Shown in pieces: positions 1 through 9,724 of a stretch of 64,000 nt of DNA. A program made the translations under genes and the position numbers. This stretch comes from a virus. Taxonomy: Duplodnaviria; Heunggongvirae; Uroviricota; Caudoviricetes. The notes under the pieces were generated by a model. That model was not told the DNA's origin. It did no database searches and worked only from the letters and a program-made list of their open reading frames with translations. The stretch lies in IMG/VR virus record IMGVR_UViG_3300005530_000876. One strand, written 5' to 3'. Every line of letters starts with the position of its first letter. Position 1 is the first letter of the stretch.

Positions 1-561
1 ACCAAGGAAGCTGTGCCCGCCCCAACTTCCACGTTTGTTTCTGCCGGAAAAATTTCCTTTGGGATCCAACCATTTCTTTTGTCCTTGTGCAGAAAGAGGC
101 AAACGTGCGCAAAGTCTTATGCCGCCAAAGCGATCAATTGCAGCTTTGATCAAATCGATCCTGTGTAAATCAACTTGTGTGAAAGCGAAAATCTTGCGGC
201 CGTCAATACCTGTTTTTCTCAGATAATTGAGCACATCCAATTCAACGCATCCGTTGTCATTCAGTCCGCTATCAGGATCATAACCACTGACATCAGAGTA
301 AGCTTTAATGATTGATGAATCAGGAATAATAATTTGGTTGCCATTATTTGCGCTCCATACCTGAACATGATGCCCGGAAGTTGCCATCGTGCAGTCTCCA
401 ATCTGATCATTGGCCATCATGCCTAATTTGCTCAGTGGTGAACTCCATTTCCTGGAAGGTGGATAGGATGGCGCAACATAGTATTTAGCAAACTGCAAGG
501 TCCTGGGATCGAACCTTGCAGGCAGCTTGCCTAATTTGTAATTAAATAAATTCTTTGCCAT
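1..561 (-). CDS. Cysteine-peptidase-like protein (Q-x-G-x-C ... HH motif), C-terminus beyond the window edge; possible endolysin/peptidase of a lysis cassette
   Basis: The minus-strand ORF starts with ATG at 561..559 and stays open to position 1. Its translation begins MAKNLFNYKLGKLPARFDPRTL and contains QIGDCTMATSGHH, which resembles a papain/CHAP-like catalytic Cys context. It is the last gene of the operon. Confidence 0.4.
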   Translation of the reverse strand, partial: MAKNLFNYKLGKLPARFDPRTLQFAKYYVAPSYPPSRKWSSPLSKLGMMANDQIGDCTMATSGHHVQVWSANNGNQIIIPDSSIIKAYSDVSGYDPDSGLNDNGCVELDVLNYLRKTGIDGRKIFAFTQVDLHRIDLIKAAIDRFGGIRLCARLPLSAQGQKKWLDPKGNFSGRNKRGSWGGHSFLG

Positions 562-565
562 GTGA

Positions 566-1357
566 TTAATTATTTTCGGCGAAACCGATTTGTACAACAA
601 ATCCCACGGTTCCCTTGGTTAAATTAGTAGGTGGCGTCCAGGCAGCTCCAACAATGAACAACTGATTTTTAAGTCCGGCGCTGACACCGAAACTTGTAAA
701 ATTGGGCGGGTTTAGAGACGGGTCTGTTGAACCTTGTACCCATCCTACTATCTGCAATGAGAATGTTGTTTTCCACTTCTGAAGAGAGTCAACATACTTC
801 ATCCATTGCGGGCCATAACCAATTCCAGCCATCACTGCCTTCGTATTGATATTGTAACCGGCCATTGGTGTCATCCTCCATGTAACCAAAGTAGAGCCAC
901 CAATTGAGAGTGTTTTTGCAGAAATGTCTGGCCTCGTAACAGGGTTAAAAAAGCTTGTATTCAGCTTATCTGGTTTTGGAACAGGATGAAAAATGTTTGT
1001 CTTTACCTGGATTTGTGCTCCCGCGATGGAAGCAATAAACATGAAGCCGATCAACATTGCTGTCTTCGGTCTGCGAAGTTTTGCAAGCAGCTTTGGCGCC
1101 GCTATCTTCGTATCAGATTTCACCCGGCCAATGATTCCCATAATAACGCCTATGCCAGCGATTGCGGCTGTAATCATCCCGGAAATATCAGAATGAGCAG
1201 CTTTGACCTGTGCTGCAATGTTCTGAAGTTGTGTGAAGTCAGGATTTGCCGGGACTGTAATATCCGCCTGCAAATAGGATTGCGCGAAAAAAGCGATTGC
1301 CGTGATGACAATTCCCCAGATTGTTTTGGACTGGGACCATTTTTTTGTTTTTTGCAT
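566..1357 (-). CDS. Membrane protein with 3 predicted TM helices and a beta-rich C-terminal domain (holin-like?)
   Basis: 263-aa ORF. Hydrophobic segments include IWGIVITAIAFFA, ITAAIAGIGVIMGIIG and AMLIGFMFIASIAGA. It sits between a spanin-like gene and the peptidase gene. Confidence 0.45.
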   Translation of the reverse strand: MQKTKKWSQSKTIWGIVITAIAFFAQSYLQADITVPANPDFTQLQNIAAQVKAAHSDISGMITAAIAGIGVIMGIIGRVKSDTKIAAPKLLAKLRRPKTAMLIGFMFIASIAGAQIQVKTNIFHPVPKPDKLNTSFFNPVTRPDISAKTLSIGGSTLVTWRMTPMAGYNINTKAVMAGIGYGPQWMKYVDSLQKWKTTFSLQIVGWVQGSTDPSLNPPNFTSFGVSAGLKNQLFIVGAAWTPPTNLTKGTVGFVVQIGFAENN

Positions 1358-1372
1358 GATTGTTTTTTTTAT

Positions 1373-1912
1373 TTATGTAAAAGTTTTAGTGACCAAGAAA
1401 ACCACCCGGCATGAAAATACCAGGTGTGCCATAGCGTGTTGATTGAAAGGGGTCGGACAGGATATCCCTAACAATCTGTTTTTCACAGGCCAAGCTTTTT
1501 TTTCATCTTTTTGATTATGTATTTCCCGGTTTTTCTTTTTATGAAAAAGATTTTTGAAAAATTCTTTTAACCTCGGCTTATTCCTTTCCATCCAGACCGT
1601 ATCCGGGATAGTAGTAATGACGTTGTTACCAAAACAAGTGTCGAGATAAACATAAAAACTGTCCGTTCTTACATGATTTTTTATCCTCGTTCTGAACAGG
1701 ACAATCCTTTCGGTTTTTTTATTTTCAATTCGTTTTACCTCCTGTTTTGCTGTTATTAACTGGCTGTCAATTTTTGCGCTTATTACAGAGTCTTTAAGAT
1801 TCAGAACCCGGGCATCTGCTTTTGTAACGGCAGTTGAATCCTGTGAATGCCCGTTCTGTGGCGGATAGAATATTGGGCAAAAAATCAGTAAAAAAGTTAG
1901 GGCTTTTTTCAT
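1373..1912 (-). CDS. Secreted or lipoprotein-like protein (N-terminal signal peptide)
   Basis: 179-aa ORF with N-terminus MKKALTFLLIFCPIF. It overlaps the upstream gene by 4 nt. Confidence 0.4.
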   Translation of the reverse strand: MKKALTFLLIFCPIFYPPQNGHSQDSTAVTKADARVLNLKDSVISAKIDSQLITAKQEVKRIENKKTERIVLFRTRIKNHVRTDSFYVYLDTCFGNNVITTIPDTVWMERNKPRLKEFFKNLFHKKKNREIHNQKDEKKAWPVKNRLLGISCPTPFNQHAMAHLVFSCRVVFLVTKTFT

Positions 1913-2226
1913 TTTATTTTTTGTAGTTTGTTTATTAAAGAATCGAGCTGTTTCGAATAATTATCTTTTTCGATATAATAATTTAGTTTGTCATTAAAAA
2001 TTTTGTCTTTCAGGCTGTCAATTATTTTATTATCTCTTGTCACGGTTTCATTTAGTTCATTTTGCAATTGCTCATTTTTACCTTTGTAGTTGTTTGAACT
2101 TGTAGAAAGCACGTTAATGAGGATTGAAAAAAGAACCGATATCGCAATAATTGACACCAAATAAAACAGGCGCCGTTCCGGATTTTTTATATCCTTCAGG
2201 GTACTTTGTAATTGTGATCTTAGCAT
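1909..2226 (-). CDS. Small TM plus coiled-coil protein (i-spanin/holin-like)
   Basis: 105-aa ORF with a single TM (LFYLVSIIAISVLFSILINVL) followed by a heptad-rich coiled coil. Confidence 0.4.
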   Translation of the reverse strand: MLRSQLQSTLKDIKNPERRLFYLVSIIAISVLFSILINVLSTSSNNYKGKNEQLQNELNETVTRDNKIIDSLKDKIFNDKLNYYIEKDNYSKQLDSLINKLQKIK

Positions 2227-2255
2227 TTTTCATTTCGGGTTGATTAGTTGTCAAT

Positions 2256-2453
2256 TTATTGCGCTGTGTTTTCGTGTTTATTAATAATTTGTTCCAGTGT
2301 TTTTGTTATAAAATCCAGGTGGCCGGCTAGTCTTTTATCCTGTTCGGAGGCCTTGAAATTTTCCCGCATGATTTCGGCAAGATCATGTGATACTCCGCAT
2401 GCCTGCGATAATTTTACTATGTCTTCATCTTGAAAAAGTCTTGGTCTGTCCAT
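2256..2453 (-). CDS. Hypothetical small protein
   Basis: 65-aa ORF in the operon context. Confidence 0.3.
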   Translation of the reverse strand: MDRPRLFQDEDIVKLSQACGVSHDLAEIMRENFKASEQDKRLAGHLDFITKTLEQIINKHENTAQ

Positions 2454-2461
2454 GGTTTTTT

Positions 2462-3160
2462 TTAATAATGATCATAATCGCAATCGCAGTCATGATTTCC
2501 TCTTCTCCTTCTTTCATATACATGCACCCATGCTGTTTTTCTCGAAACACTAATGCCCTTGCTGTCATCCGAATCGTATAACTCCCGGTGGCAATTGAAC
2601 AGCGGATAATGCCCTTGATTTAAAATCAGAAACTCTTTCATGCTTGCAATTAGTGGATCAATAATATCCTGTTGTTGCTTCGTTAGTTTGAATTTCAATT
2701 CTGCCAGGTCAGCGCTTGCCGATCCTGATCCTTCAGTTATTGTTTTCGGATTATTAATCATCTCTCCGGCAGCTGAGAACCGGCTCCAGTTTGGAATCGT
2801 CGCTATATAAATAACTGCCTCCGCTGTAAGTTTCCATAAGTGTTCTTTCCAAAGCTTTACCAGCCATTCATCTTCCACAAACTCTATCGCATTTGCTATC
2901 TCACCAATCTCCAGCGGCGTATTAAAATATTCCTCTCCTTCCAAAAGAGCTTTGTTCACATCAGTTATTTCCTCATTTTTTTGGTTCCGGAACGAGTCAT
3001 AAAGGTCCCGGCAAATAGCTGGCTTTATAAACCGTTCTTCCGCTGTCTGAATAGATTTCAGGATCACGTCTTCGCCCGGGTTTTGAGCCACATTCGCCTG
3101 AGCAATTACTTCATCAGGAGTAATTAAAACATTACGCGGAAGCTGATTGATTCGGAACAT
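2462..3160 (-). CDS. Hypothetical (virion?) protein with Cys/His/Asp-rich C-terminal tail HDCDCDYDHY
   Basis: 232-aa ORF in the head-module operon with an unusual C-terminal metal-ligand-like tail. Confidence 0.45.
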   Translation of the reverse strand: MFRINQLPRNVLITPDEVIAQANVAQNPGEDVILKSIQTAEERFIKPAICRDLYDSFRNQKNEEITDVNKALLEGEEYFNTPLEIGEIANAIEFVEDEWLVKLWKEHLWKLTAEAVIYIATIPNWSRFSAAGEMINNPKTITEGSGSASADLAELKFKLTKQQQDIIDPLIASMKEFLILNQGHYPLFNCHRELYDSDDSKGISVSRKTAWVHVYERRRRGNHDCDCDYDHY

Positions 3161-4592
3161 TTTCGTTTTCGTTTGGATTTATATCTGCGTTATTTGAATT
3201 AGTTTTAGCGGCCATTTCTGCCAGGTACACATTTTCTTTCTCAGGATCTTTATCAAGACCGGCCAGGTCTCTGGCTTCGTTTACCTTCATAAACTGTTCG
3301 GGTTTAACATCACCCAGGAATGAGAAAGGCATTGCAGTTTTGAACCAAAAATTATAATTCAAGAGATCTTTTTTCCCGAAATGATCGGCATATATTTTTA
3401 TGATCTGCATCACAACTTTATCAGTTAGCTTTCTTCTGAGTGGATTTAGCAGTGATGCTTCTTTTGTATCCCAGATCGAACGGATGTAACCACTTCCGTT
3501 TCCACTTCTAGTGCCGCTGTTTCCTTCCTGCATTCCTAAAAGCGCTTTGTGCCAGTTGTTGCTCGCGATAATTTTTTGAACGATCCTATCATCCAGCTCG
3601 ATGTAACTGCCTTCAGATTTCGTTTCATATTTCTCAAACTTCACATCATCGATTCCTGACTCACTGCTCACGACTGCAATTCTTCCGCGCTTACCATCGC
3701 CCACATGAGATTCCAATATGCGGTCTGCCTGTTCTTTAGCCTCGTCTTCCGTCATGGCACTCTTCAGAACCAACATTCCTCCCATCACCATGTTGTTTTC
3801 CAAATTGTCTATATTAGATTGAGCAGTCTTTCCTTCCAGCACCTGGTAACGCAATCCGGAAACAGATGCCGGCAAACCATAGAATTCAACGCCCTGTACC
3901 TGGTTTTTAAAATGAAGCATTGAATGATAGTTGTTGTTGCTGTCTTTTTTCCAGGCCTTGTTTTGATCAAGTGAGTTAGGGCTGTAAAGCGGAATCTCTT
4001 CAACGTCATCCATATTAAGAGCTCCAGCACCTTTAGTACCGGCGCCTTTTACAAATCCTCTGGAAATAAGAACAGATGTCGGTTCGGTTTGGCCCTCTTC
4101 CAATTCCGCAAACCGGCAAAATTGCATCGGTTCCAGTTTTATTTTCAAAAACTTGGTTTTCCCCAAATTGCCTTTGATCAATCTGATGAACTGGTTGCCT
4201 TGTTCACGCTCCCCATCCATGATATTCAACAAAACTTCATCGAAGCTTTCAAGATCGTTATTGACCGATTTCATCCAATCGACAAAATCCGGATCAACAT
4301 TTTTAAGTGCTATGGAATTATTGTTTTTGTCCAGGACAGAAAGGCCGTTACCTACCACTGAGCTTGCGATACTTGAAATGCATGCAGATTGAGTTGGAGA
4401 AGTTAACCGGGCTTCGAGAAGCAGGGTAGGGAGATTATTCCGCCGGTTTAAAATTGGGATATATTTTTTCCCAAAAACCGTTAAGAATGAATTGCCATTA
4501 TACGTTATCGGTAACGGATTGGAGGGGTTTAATTTTATACTATTAGCAATAGTAAGACGCCTCTTAGACTTAAAAGCTTTTTCATTATGCAT
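3132..4592 (-). CDS. Putative portal protein
   Basis: At 486 aa it is the only large ORF in the head module besides the protease and capsid genes. Size and composition fit HK97-type portals, but there is no diagnostic motif. Confidence 0.35.
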   Translation of the reverse strand: MHNEKAFKSKRRLTIANSIKLNPSNPLPITYNGNSFLTVFGKKYIPILNRRNNLPTLLLEARLTSPTQSACISSIASSVVGNGLSVLDKNNNSIALKNVDPDFVDWMKSVNNDLESFDEVLLNIMDGEREQGNQFIRLIKGNLGKTKFLKIKLEPMQFCRFAELEEGQTEPTSVLISRGFVKGAGTKGAGALNMDDVEEIPLYSPNSLDQNKAWKKDSNNNYHSMLHFKNQVQGVEFYGLPASVSGLRYQVLEGKTAQSNIDNLENNMVMGGMLVLKSAMTEDEAKEQADRILESHVGDGKRGRIAVVSSESGIDDVKFEKYETKSEGSYIELDDRIVQKIIASNNWHKALLGMQEGNSGTRSGNGSGYIRSIWDTKEASLLNPLRRKLTDKVVMQIIKIYADHFGKKDLLNYNFWFKTAMPFSFLGDVKPEQFMKVNEARDLAGLDKDPEKENVYLAEMAAKTNSNNADINPNENENVPNQSASA

Positions 4593-4628
4593 AAACGGTC
4601 ACTCATAAAAAGTTCCTGATGAAATCAA

Positions 4629-4850
4629 TTAAGATTTTTTATCGTCCTGTTTCTTCAAAAAAGTTGATGATTTTTCAGCGCTGATGGCATCTTCGTCCAC
4701 TTCAAACATGTTCAAATGTGCTTTATGACCTTTGCGTTTTGCGTTTTCATACAACAAATGCAAATCATCGCGCTGGCCGAGAGGCAAGCTGCTATGATTG
4801 AACCCGATTACTTTATTTGCGAACTGTGGTTTTACTTTAATTCCTGCCAT
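4629..4850 (-). CDS. Hypothetical small protein
   Basis: 73-aa ORF between the putative portal gene and a Gly-rich protein gene. Confidence 0.35.
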   Translation of the reverse strand: MAGIKVKPQFANKVIGFNHSSLPLGQRDDLHLLYENAKRKGHKAHLNMFEVDEDAISAEKSSTFLKKQDDKKS

Positions 4851-4889
4851 TTTAAAAAGATTTATAAGAAAAGTGATCGAAAAAAAAAT

Positions 4890-5711
4890 TTAAGCAATAA
4901 ATGAGTCCAGGGATTCCATTCCTCCGGTGAATTCAAATGCCGGGCGGCTGTAAGAACCTTTAATAGAAAGGTTTTGACCATTGAAATCGGTGAATTTCTT
5001 TCCGATATCAATCTTACTTCCATCCTGACGCAACTTGAATTTTGGAATCAAAAGGCTATCAACATATTTTTCACCTGCAGTGAAGATCTTACCATCATTT
5101 TGCTGCCATACAAAAAGCAACTGGCAACATGCGGCGGCCGCATCAATCTTCGTGTTGAAGTTTGTCATGTTCTGGCTGAACTGAGCCATGTTACAGATGA
5201 TTGCATAATCCCAGGCTGAGCTTGATCCGTCTGCATTTGCCTGGCTCATGACCACGTTAATGGTATCTTCAAGGCTTTCGATTTCAAAAAGATTGGCGCT
5301 TCCGGTTGACACGAAAGAAACAGTTGGAGCGGTTGTATAGCCGGTACCACCAGAGGTTATCGTTACTCCGGTCACAGCTCCGCCGGATACAGTCGCAGTT
5401 CCTGCCGCTCCTGTACCACCACCACCGGTAAACACTACAGTAGGGGCGGTTGTATAGCCGGTACCACCAGCTGTTATCGTCACGCCGCTGACTGCAGCGC
5501 TCGTTAAAGTCGATGTTGCTGTAGCTCCGGAACCACCAGTGCTGGCACCTGCACGAAGTTCTATTGCAGCGTATCCGGTTGGATCTCCGTTTGCATCCAG
5601 TGCACCGGAAGTGAAATCGAAATCGTTTGCATCTGAAACGAATAATCTTGAAGCACCTCCAACAGTGGGAGAGCAACTTCTTTTATAACCTTTTACTTTA
5701 CAGCCGAGCAT
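4890..5711 (-). CDS. Gly/Thr-rich repeat protein; head-associated (decoration/fibre?) paralog 1
   Basis: 273 aa with tandem units (V)[28 protein letters not shown]. The same unit occurs in ORF 6850..7455. Confidence 0.5.
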   Translation of the reverse strand: MLGCKVKGYKRSCSPTVGGASRLFVSDANDFDFTSGALDANGDPTGYAAIELRAGASTGGSGATATSTLTSAAVSGVTITAGGTGYTTAPTVVFTGGGGTGAAGTATVSGGAVTGVTITSGGTGYTTAPTVSFVSTGSANLFEIESLEDTINVVMSQANADGSSSAWDYAIICNMAQFSQNMTNFNTKIDAAAACCQLLFVWQQNDGKIFTAGEKYVDSLLIPKFKLRQDGSKIDIGKKFTDFNGQNLSIKGSYSRPAFEFTGGMESLDSFIA

Positions 5712-5766
5712 GTCGAAAAATTTATAAGTTTTTAAAAAATATTTTTAAACTGGAATTTTGATTTGA

Positions 5767-6789
5767 TTAAAAGGATGTCAGACCGAGCACGATAAATTGC
5801 GGAGCAGCGATTTCGGTACCTGATTTCAAGTGAATTTGACGACGCCAAACATCATCATCCATTGAATACCAGATGCGGATTGCTTCATTATGTTTTGGAC
5901 CTCCACCATAAGTAGTATCTGCACCGTAAACAAAGTTTCCTTTGAGCGTCAAAATGATCGCATGTGCTTCAGTGCCACTGTTAAGCGATTTTAGAGTTGG
6001 ATTCCATTTCTTCACTTTGACCAGGATTCCTTTTTTGTATAAGATCGGTTTTCCACTCATCCTCTCTGACAGAACGGTAACACCGGATTGTACCAAATAA
6101 TCGTGGTAAGCTTCAGCCAGCTTTTTATCAACATAAAAACATTTATCCTCATCGTTCATATTCTCCATAATATCACCCTGAGCATTGTACGCATTATCCA
6201 AAGCTGTGTTTGCAGCTGCGGGGGTGATTGCTCCACCGGCAATTGCAAAAGTTTGTGAGGATGGAATTACGCCAGCAGTGATGTATTTTGAAATTTGTGT
6301 GAATACGCCATCGAACCGGTTCCAGCTCCATACGCCAGCCGGATCGGATATACGTGAAGTATCTCCAAAATATCTGTTCGTATATAAATCGGTGGCAACA
6401 GCTTTTGACATTAAGGGCATCACCTGGCTGGCAAATTGATCGAAGTTTTCACTTTCGTAATCTGCGAACGCACCCTGGTAAAATTCTTCTGTACAATCTT
6501 CTACAGCAGCATAAACTTTTGTAGTGTGAATTTCGCGGGCTCCCAAACGGCCAACAGTAGAATAAATCAACTTACAGGTTTGGTCCCTGCGTTTCAAAAT
6601 ATTCTGGCTGCCGAACAGGTCAATGATCGGGCGGCTGGTCACTACGTTATCCATCACCATCCAGTCACCTTCTTCGTCGGACGGTTGTGTTACATCGCCG
6701 TTTTCGTCTAAAACGTCGGCAAATTCAGGCATGATTATCAGCTCATGCATTGATTTCGGGTTTACTCTGAAGGGTGTTAAAGTGATCAT
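5767..6789 (-). CDS. Putative major capsid protein
   Basis: 340-aa ORF immediately downstream of the ClpP-like prohead protease gene, flanked by the two repeat-protein genes. The size is typical for HK97-fold capsid proteins. Confidence 0.45.
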   Translation of the reverse strand: MITLTPFRVNPKSMHELIIMPEFADVLDENGDVTQPSDEEGDWMVMDNVVTSRPIIDLFGSQNILKRRDQTCKLIYSTVGRLGAREIHTTKVYAAVEDCTEEFYQGAFADYESENFDQFASQVMPLMSKAVATDLYTNRYFGDTSRISDPAGVWSWNRFDGVFTQISKYITAGVIPSSQTFAIAGGAITPAAANTALDNAYNAQGDIMENMNDEDKCFYVDKKLAEAYHDYLVQSGVTVLSERMSGKPILYKKGILVKVKKWNPTLKSLNSGTEAHAIILTLKGNFVYGADTTYGGGPKHNEAIRIWYSMDDDVWRRQIHLKSGTEIAAPQFIVLGLTSF

Positions 6790-6849
6790 CGTATTGAATT
6801 TTAAAAAGAAGTTGTTTTTTGGTTTTTAAATATTTACCGTTAAAAAATT

Positions 6850-7455
6850 TTATTTATCCATCAGGAATGAACCATCTGTTTTTGCATCTCCAACGCCAAA
6901 GACAGATCCGTCCTTCGTCATCCTGGCGGCACTTGTAACAGTTACTGCCAGGTCGATTCCATCAACTGAATTCAAACCATCAGCAAGCAGATCAATTGTT
7001 ACACTGTTATGAGCTTCGTCCATGTGATATTCTTTAACCACTCCGTTGGAATCGGCAGCAGTCACATTCACACCGAGTCTGGAATCAGTACCGTAATTTG
7101 TATTGTCAGTCACGACAATCTTTTGTCCTGATCCACCGCTTGTGATCGTTGCAGAAGTAACTACTTGAGCAGTAAGAACTGCTGTTGCAGCGGCTCCCGT
7201 ACCGCCACCACCGCTGAAAGCGATTGTAGGCGCTGTGGTATATCCCGTACCACCATTTGTGATCGTTAAGCCCGTCACGCGGCCATTGGTAACAATTGCA
7301 GTCGCAGCGGCTCCTGTACCACCACCTCCGCTGAAAGAAACTGCCGGGGCTGACGTATATCCGCTACCACCGGTGAAAGCGAAAGTGAACGCAGCGCTTA
7401 ATAAATTTTTCCGCTGGTCGTAATTCAGTATGTCTTTGTTGGAAATGGCTTCCAT
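6850..7455 (-). CDS. Gly/Thr-rich repeat protein; paralog 2
   Basis: 201 aa containing [25 protein letters not shown] and [25 protein letters not shown] units shared with ORF 4890..5711. Confidence 0.5.
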   Translation of the reverse strand: MEAISNKDILNYDQRKNLLSAAFTFAFTGGSGYTSAPAVSFSGGGGTGAAATAIVTNGRVTGLTITNGGTGYTTAPTIAFSGGGGTGAAATAVLTAQVVTSATITSGGSGQKIVVTDNTNYGTDSRLGVNVTAADSNGVVKEYHMDEAHNSVTIDLLADGLNSVDGIDLAVTVTSAARMTKDGSVFGVGDAKTDGSFLMDK

Positions 7456-7528
7456 GATCGAGAATTTTTATTTTTAAAAAAGAGTTTGAAATTTGATTTT
7501 TGATTCCGTGAATGTTTCCGTTTTCAGT

Positions 7529-8713
7529 TTAATTTGCAGCTGGTTCTGTCCAAAGATTTTCGTACGCCCATTTACTGTTTACGCCTGATTTATTTTTATT
7601 ACCAGCGTTGTTTTCGGTTTTACCTCCTGAAATTTTTTGCACCAGATCTTCTCTCAAGGTTTTCATTTCAGCGTTGAAGTCAGTTTTGTTCAACACATCC
7701 TTTACGTCGTCTTTTTTTACCAGGTCCTTTATGTCCTCTTTCTTCACAAAATCTTTTTGTGAATCAGCTATCGCTTGAGTAAAATTTTGGGGAATTGTTT
7801 TCAACGCATCGGTCAAAGCAGTGTTGACAATTTTTTTCACTGCTTCTTCATCCAGGGAAGAGCCTGTATTTGCAGCGATGGCATTGGTAATGCTGTTGCT
7901 AAAATCTTCGAAAGCTTTTTTGGTTTCAGCTTCATCTTTTTTGTTGCTAATACCCAGCTTTTCTAAAAGAGAATTGAAGCCGTTATTTATCGCTTCTGTA
8001 ATTTTTGTTGTGTCCATAACAGGATCATTTTTTTTTGTGAATGAATTATATGAGTTGAGCACAGCCGAATTGCTGAATGGCCATTGCTCAGGTTTAATTA
8101 TTTGTGAGAATGAAGCTTCACCGGTAGTTTCTTTGATAAAGCCTTTTGTTTTTGCTTCTTCAGCAGTCATCCATGTTTCGGCATCCATCATGTTGGCAAT
8201 TACCGTTTTGCTTAACCCGGTAACTTTTTGGTAAAATCCTGTGGCTGAATCGTTGAACCGGCGCATCGTTGCTGCATAGTTTTCAACTTCATTTACGCTA
8301 CCATAAATACCACCGGAAACGTTATGAATCATTAGCCAGCTGTTGGAAGACATTGCCGGTTTTTTACCTGCCATCAAAATGTAAGTAGCAGCACTGGCCA
8401 CAATACCGCGGCCTATGGTATTTACAGTTTTGCCTTTCTTCTCCTGCATCTCCACCAGCAAATCATGAATGGCCATGGCTTCAATCATCTGTCCGCCGCC
8501 GCTGTTGATATAAACATCAAAAATTTGTGCGTCTGAAGCGTTAACCAGGTCCCGGAATGATTTGTAGGAAACTGAAGTATCGTCGCCGAACCAATCCTTC
8601 AATATCTCCTGTGTAGGAGCATCGACGATATCGCCGTCGATGAAAATTTCAGCCTTACTACCAGCCTGATTTTTTATTGAATAATTAAAAACAATTAGCG
8701 GCGTTGCCTTCAT
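7529..8713 (-). CDS. ClpP-like (S14) prohead protease fused to a scaffold-like coiled-coil C-terminal region
   Basis: The N-terminal half matches ClpP-family motifs (SGGGQMIEAMAIHDLL, ILMAGKKPAMSSNSWLMIHNVSGG). The C-terminal ~170 aa are charged, coiled-coil-like and K/D-rich. Confidence 0.7.
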   Translation of the reverse strand: MKATPLIVFNYSIKNQAGSKAEIFIDGDIVDAPTQEILKDWFGDDTSVSYKSFRDLVNASDAQIFDVYINSGGGQMIEAMAIHDLLVEMQEKKGKTVNTIGRGIVASAATYILMAGKKPAMSSNSWLMIHNVSGGIYGSVNEVENYAATMRRFNDSATGFYQKVTGLSKTVIANMMDAETWMTAEEAKTKGFIKETTGEASFSQIIKPEQWPFSNSAVLNSYNSFTKKNDPVMDTTKITEAINNGFNSLLEKLGISNKKDEAETKKAFEDFSNSITNAIAANTGSSLDEEAVKKIVNTALTDALKTIPQNFTQAIADSQKDFVKKEDIKDLVKKDDVKDVLNKTDFNAEMKTLREDLVQKISGGKTENNAGNKNKSGVNSKWAYENLWTEPAAN

Positions 8714-8826
8714 GAGTGTAAAAATGTAATTTATTCAATTACTTTTTTACTATTTCACGAGTAACATTGCCCGCTTCGGGCACTCCTTTTAAATAAAAAA
8801 GATTGTGTTCTCTTTACAGAAATTGA

Positions 8827-9072
8827 TTAAAGTGATTGCTGGGCGGGCGTTACAGTGCATTCACATTTATGGCTTCGGTTTCTGACAACTTTTTGGGTGG
8901 TGCCGACGCGAAGCGCAATTTGGTTGTAGGATTTTCCTTTTGCACGGAGAATGCAAATTTTAGCAGCCATGATGTTTTTTTCTCCCATCAGCTTTACAAA
9001 TTTCTCCCAATCTTCAGATGCTAATTCCTGAAGCTGGCGGTCAAGTTCGGTATTTCTCCTTTGGTTTTCCAT
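8827..9072 (-). CDS. Hypothetical small protein
   Basis: 81-aa ORF at the end of the tail-fibre block. Confidence 0.35.
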   Translation of the reverse strand: MENQRRNTELDRQLQELASEDWEKFVKLMGEKNIMAAKICILRAKGKSYNQIALRVGTTQKVVRNRSHKCECTVTPAQQSL

Positions 9073-9722
9073 TATGATAAAATGCTTTGTGCATTTTGAT
9101 AAAGATTTATAAGGAGTGTCGAAGTGTCATAGTTTGCTGGTGTTATAGAACTGTTATGAAAAAGCGTGGCTTTCGCATAGCTGTTGTTGTTGGTAGTCAC
9201 GCCGCAAACGCTGAAGTTGTAAGCAGTCAGATGAAAAATTCCGTTCGTGTTAACGATCGCTGTGACGTTGCTGTTTTCCTTGCAAGCAAGCGTTACCATT
9301 GCATCATCATTAATTGTCACGTTGGCAATTCCATTATCATAAACTTTTACAGTTGCAAAACAAGTGTCTCCGATAGTTAAATTCAGCGTGGCCGCTCCCA
9401 TCACATTTATTTTGCCATTCCAGGTACCGGAAATAGTAAGACTTACAATTGCATTTTTCAAGATGTAAACTTCACTATCCGGGTTGGTGATCGTGAAAGT
9501 ACCGGTTGTAAAAATGTTGTATGAGTTTAATGTTGATTCTGTAAAATCGGCAATTAAACTATCATCAATAATTCCTGCCTGGTAGGAATATACAAGCAGA
9601 GGCAAGCCGGCCTCAATTACTTCCTCTTCTGTTGTTGAATTTTGCACGTCATGAAGTGAATCGCAGATCTCGATCACCTTTGATCTGGAAATGATTGTAG
9701 CTATGATGTCTGATAGTGCCAT
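9072..9722 (-). CDS. Tail fibre-associated beta-rich protein
   Basis: 216-aa ORF, Asn/Thr-rich with beta-strand repeats, adjacent to the 579-aa fibre gene and start-overlapping the downstream gene. Confidence 0.4.
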   Translation of the reverse strand: MALSDIIATIISRSKVIEICDSLHDVQNSTTEEEVIEAGLPLLVYSYQAGIIDDSLIADFTESTLNSYNIFTTGTFTITNPDSEVYILKNAIVSLTISGTWNGKINVMGAATLNLTIGDTCFATVKVYDNGIANVTINDDAMVTLACKENSNVTAIVNTNGIFHLTAYNFSVCGVTTNNNSYAKATLFHNSSITPANYDTSTLLINLYQNAQSILS

Positions 9723-9724
9723 TT

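Noticed and set aside
5284-5676. Cys/Arg/Trp-rich 130-aa ORF overlapping the Gly-rich repeat gene
   Set aside because: It is an alternative frame of the GC-rich repeat DNA (GGT/ACC-rich); the composition is a frame artefact.
8714-8826. Small GC hairpin (GCCCGCTTCGGGC) between the fibre and protease genes as a terminator
   Set aside because: It lacks a U-run on the transcribed (minus) strand; at most it is a weak attenuator, so it is not annotated.
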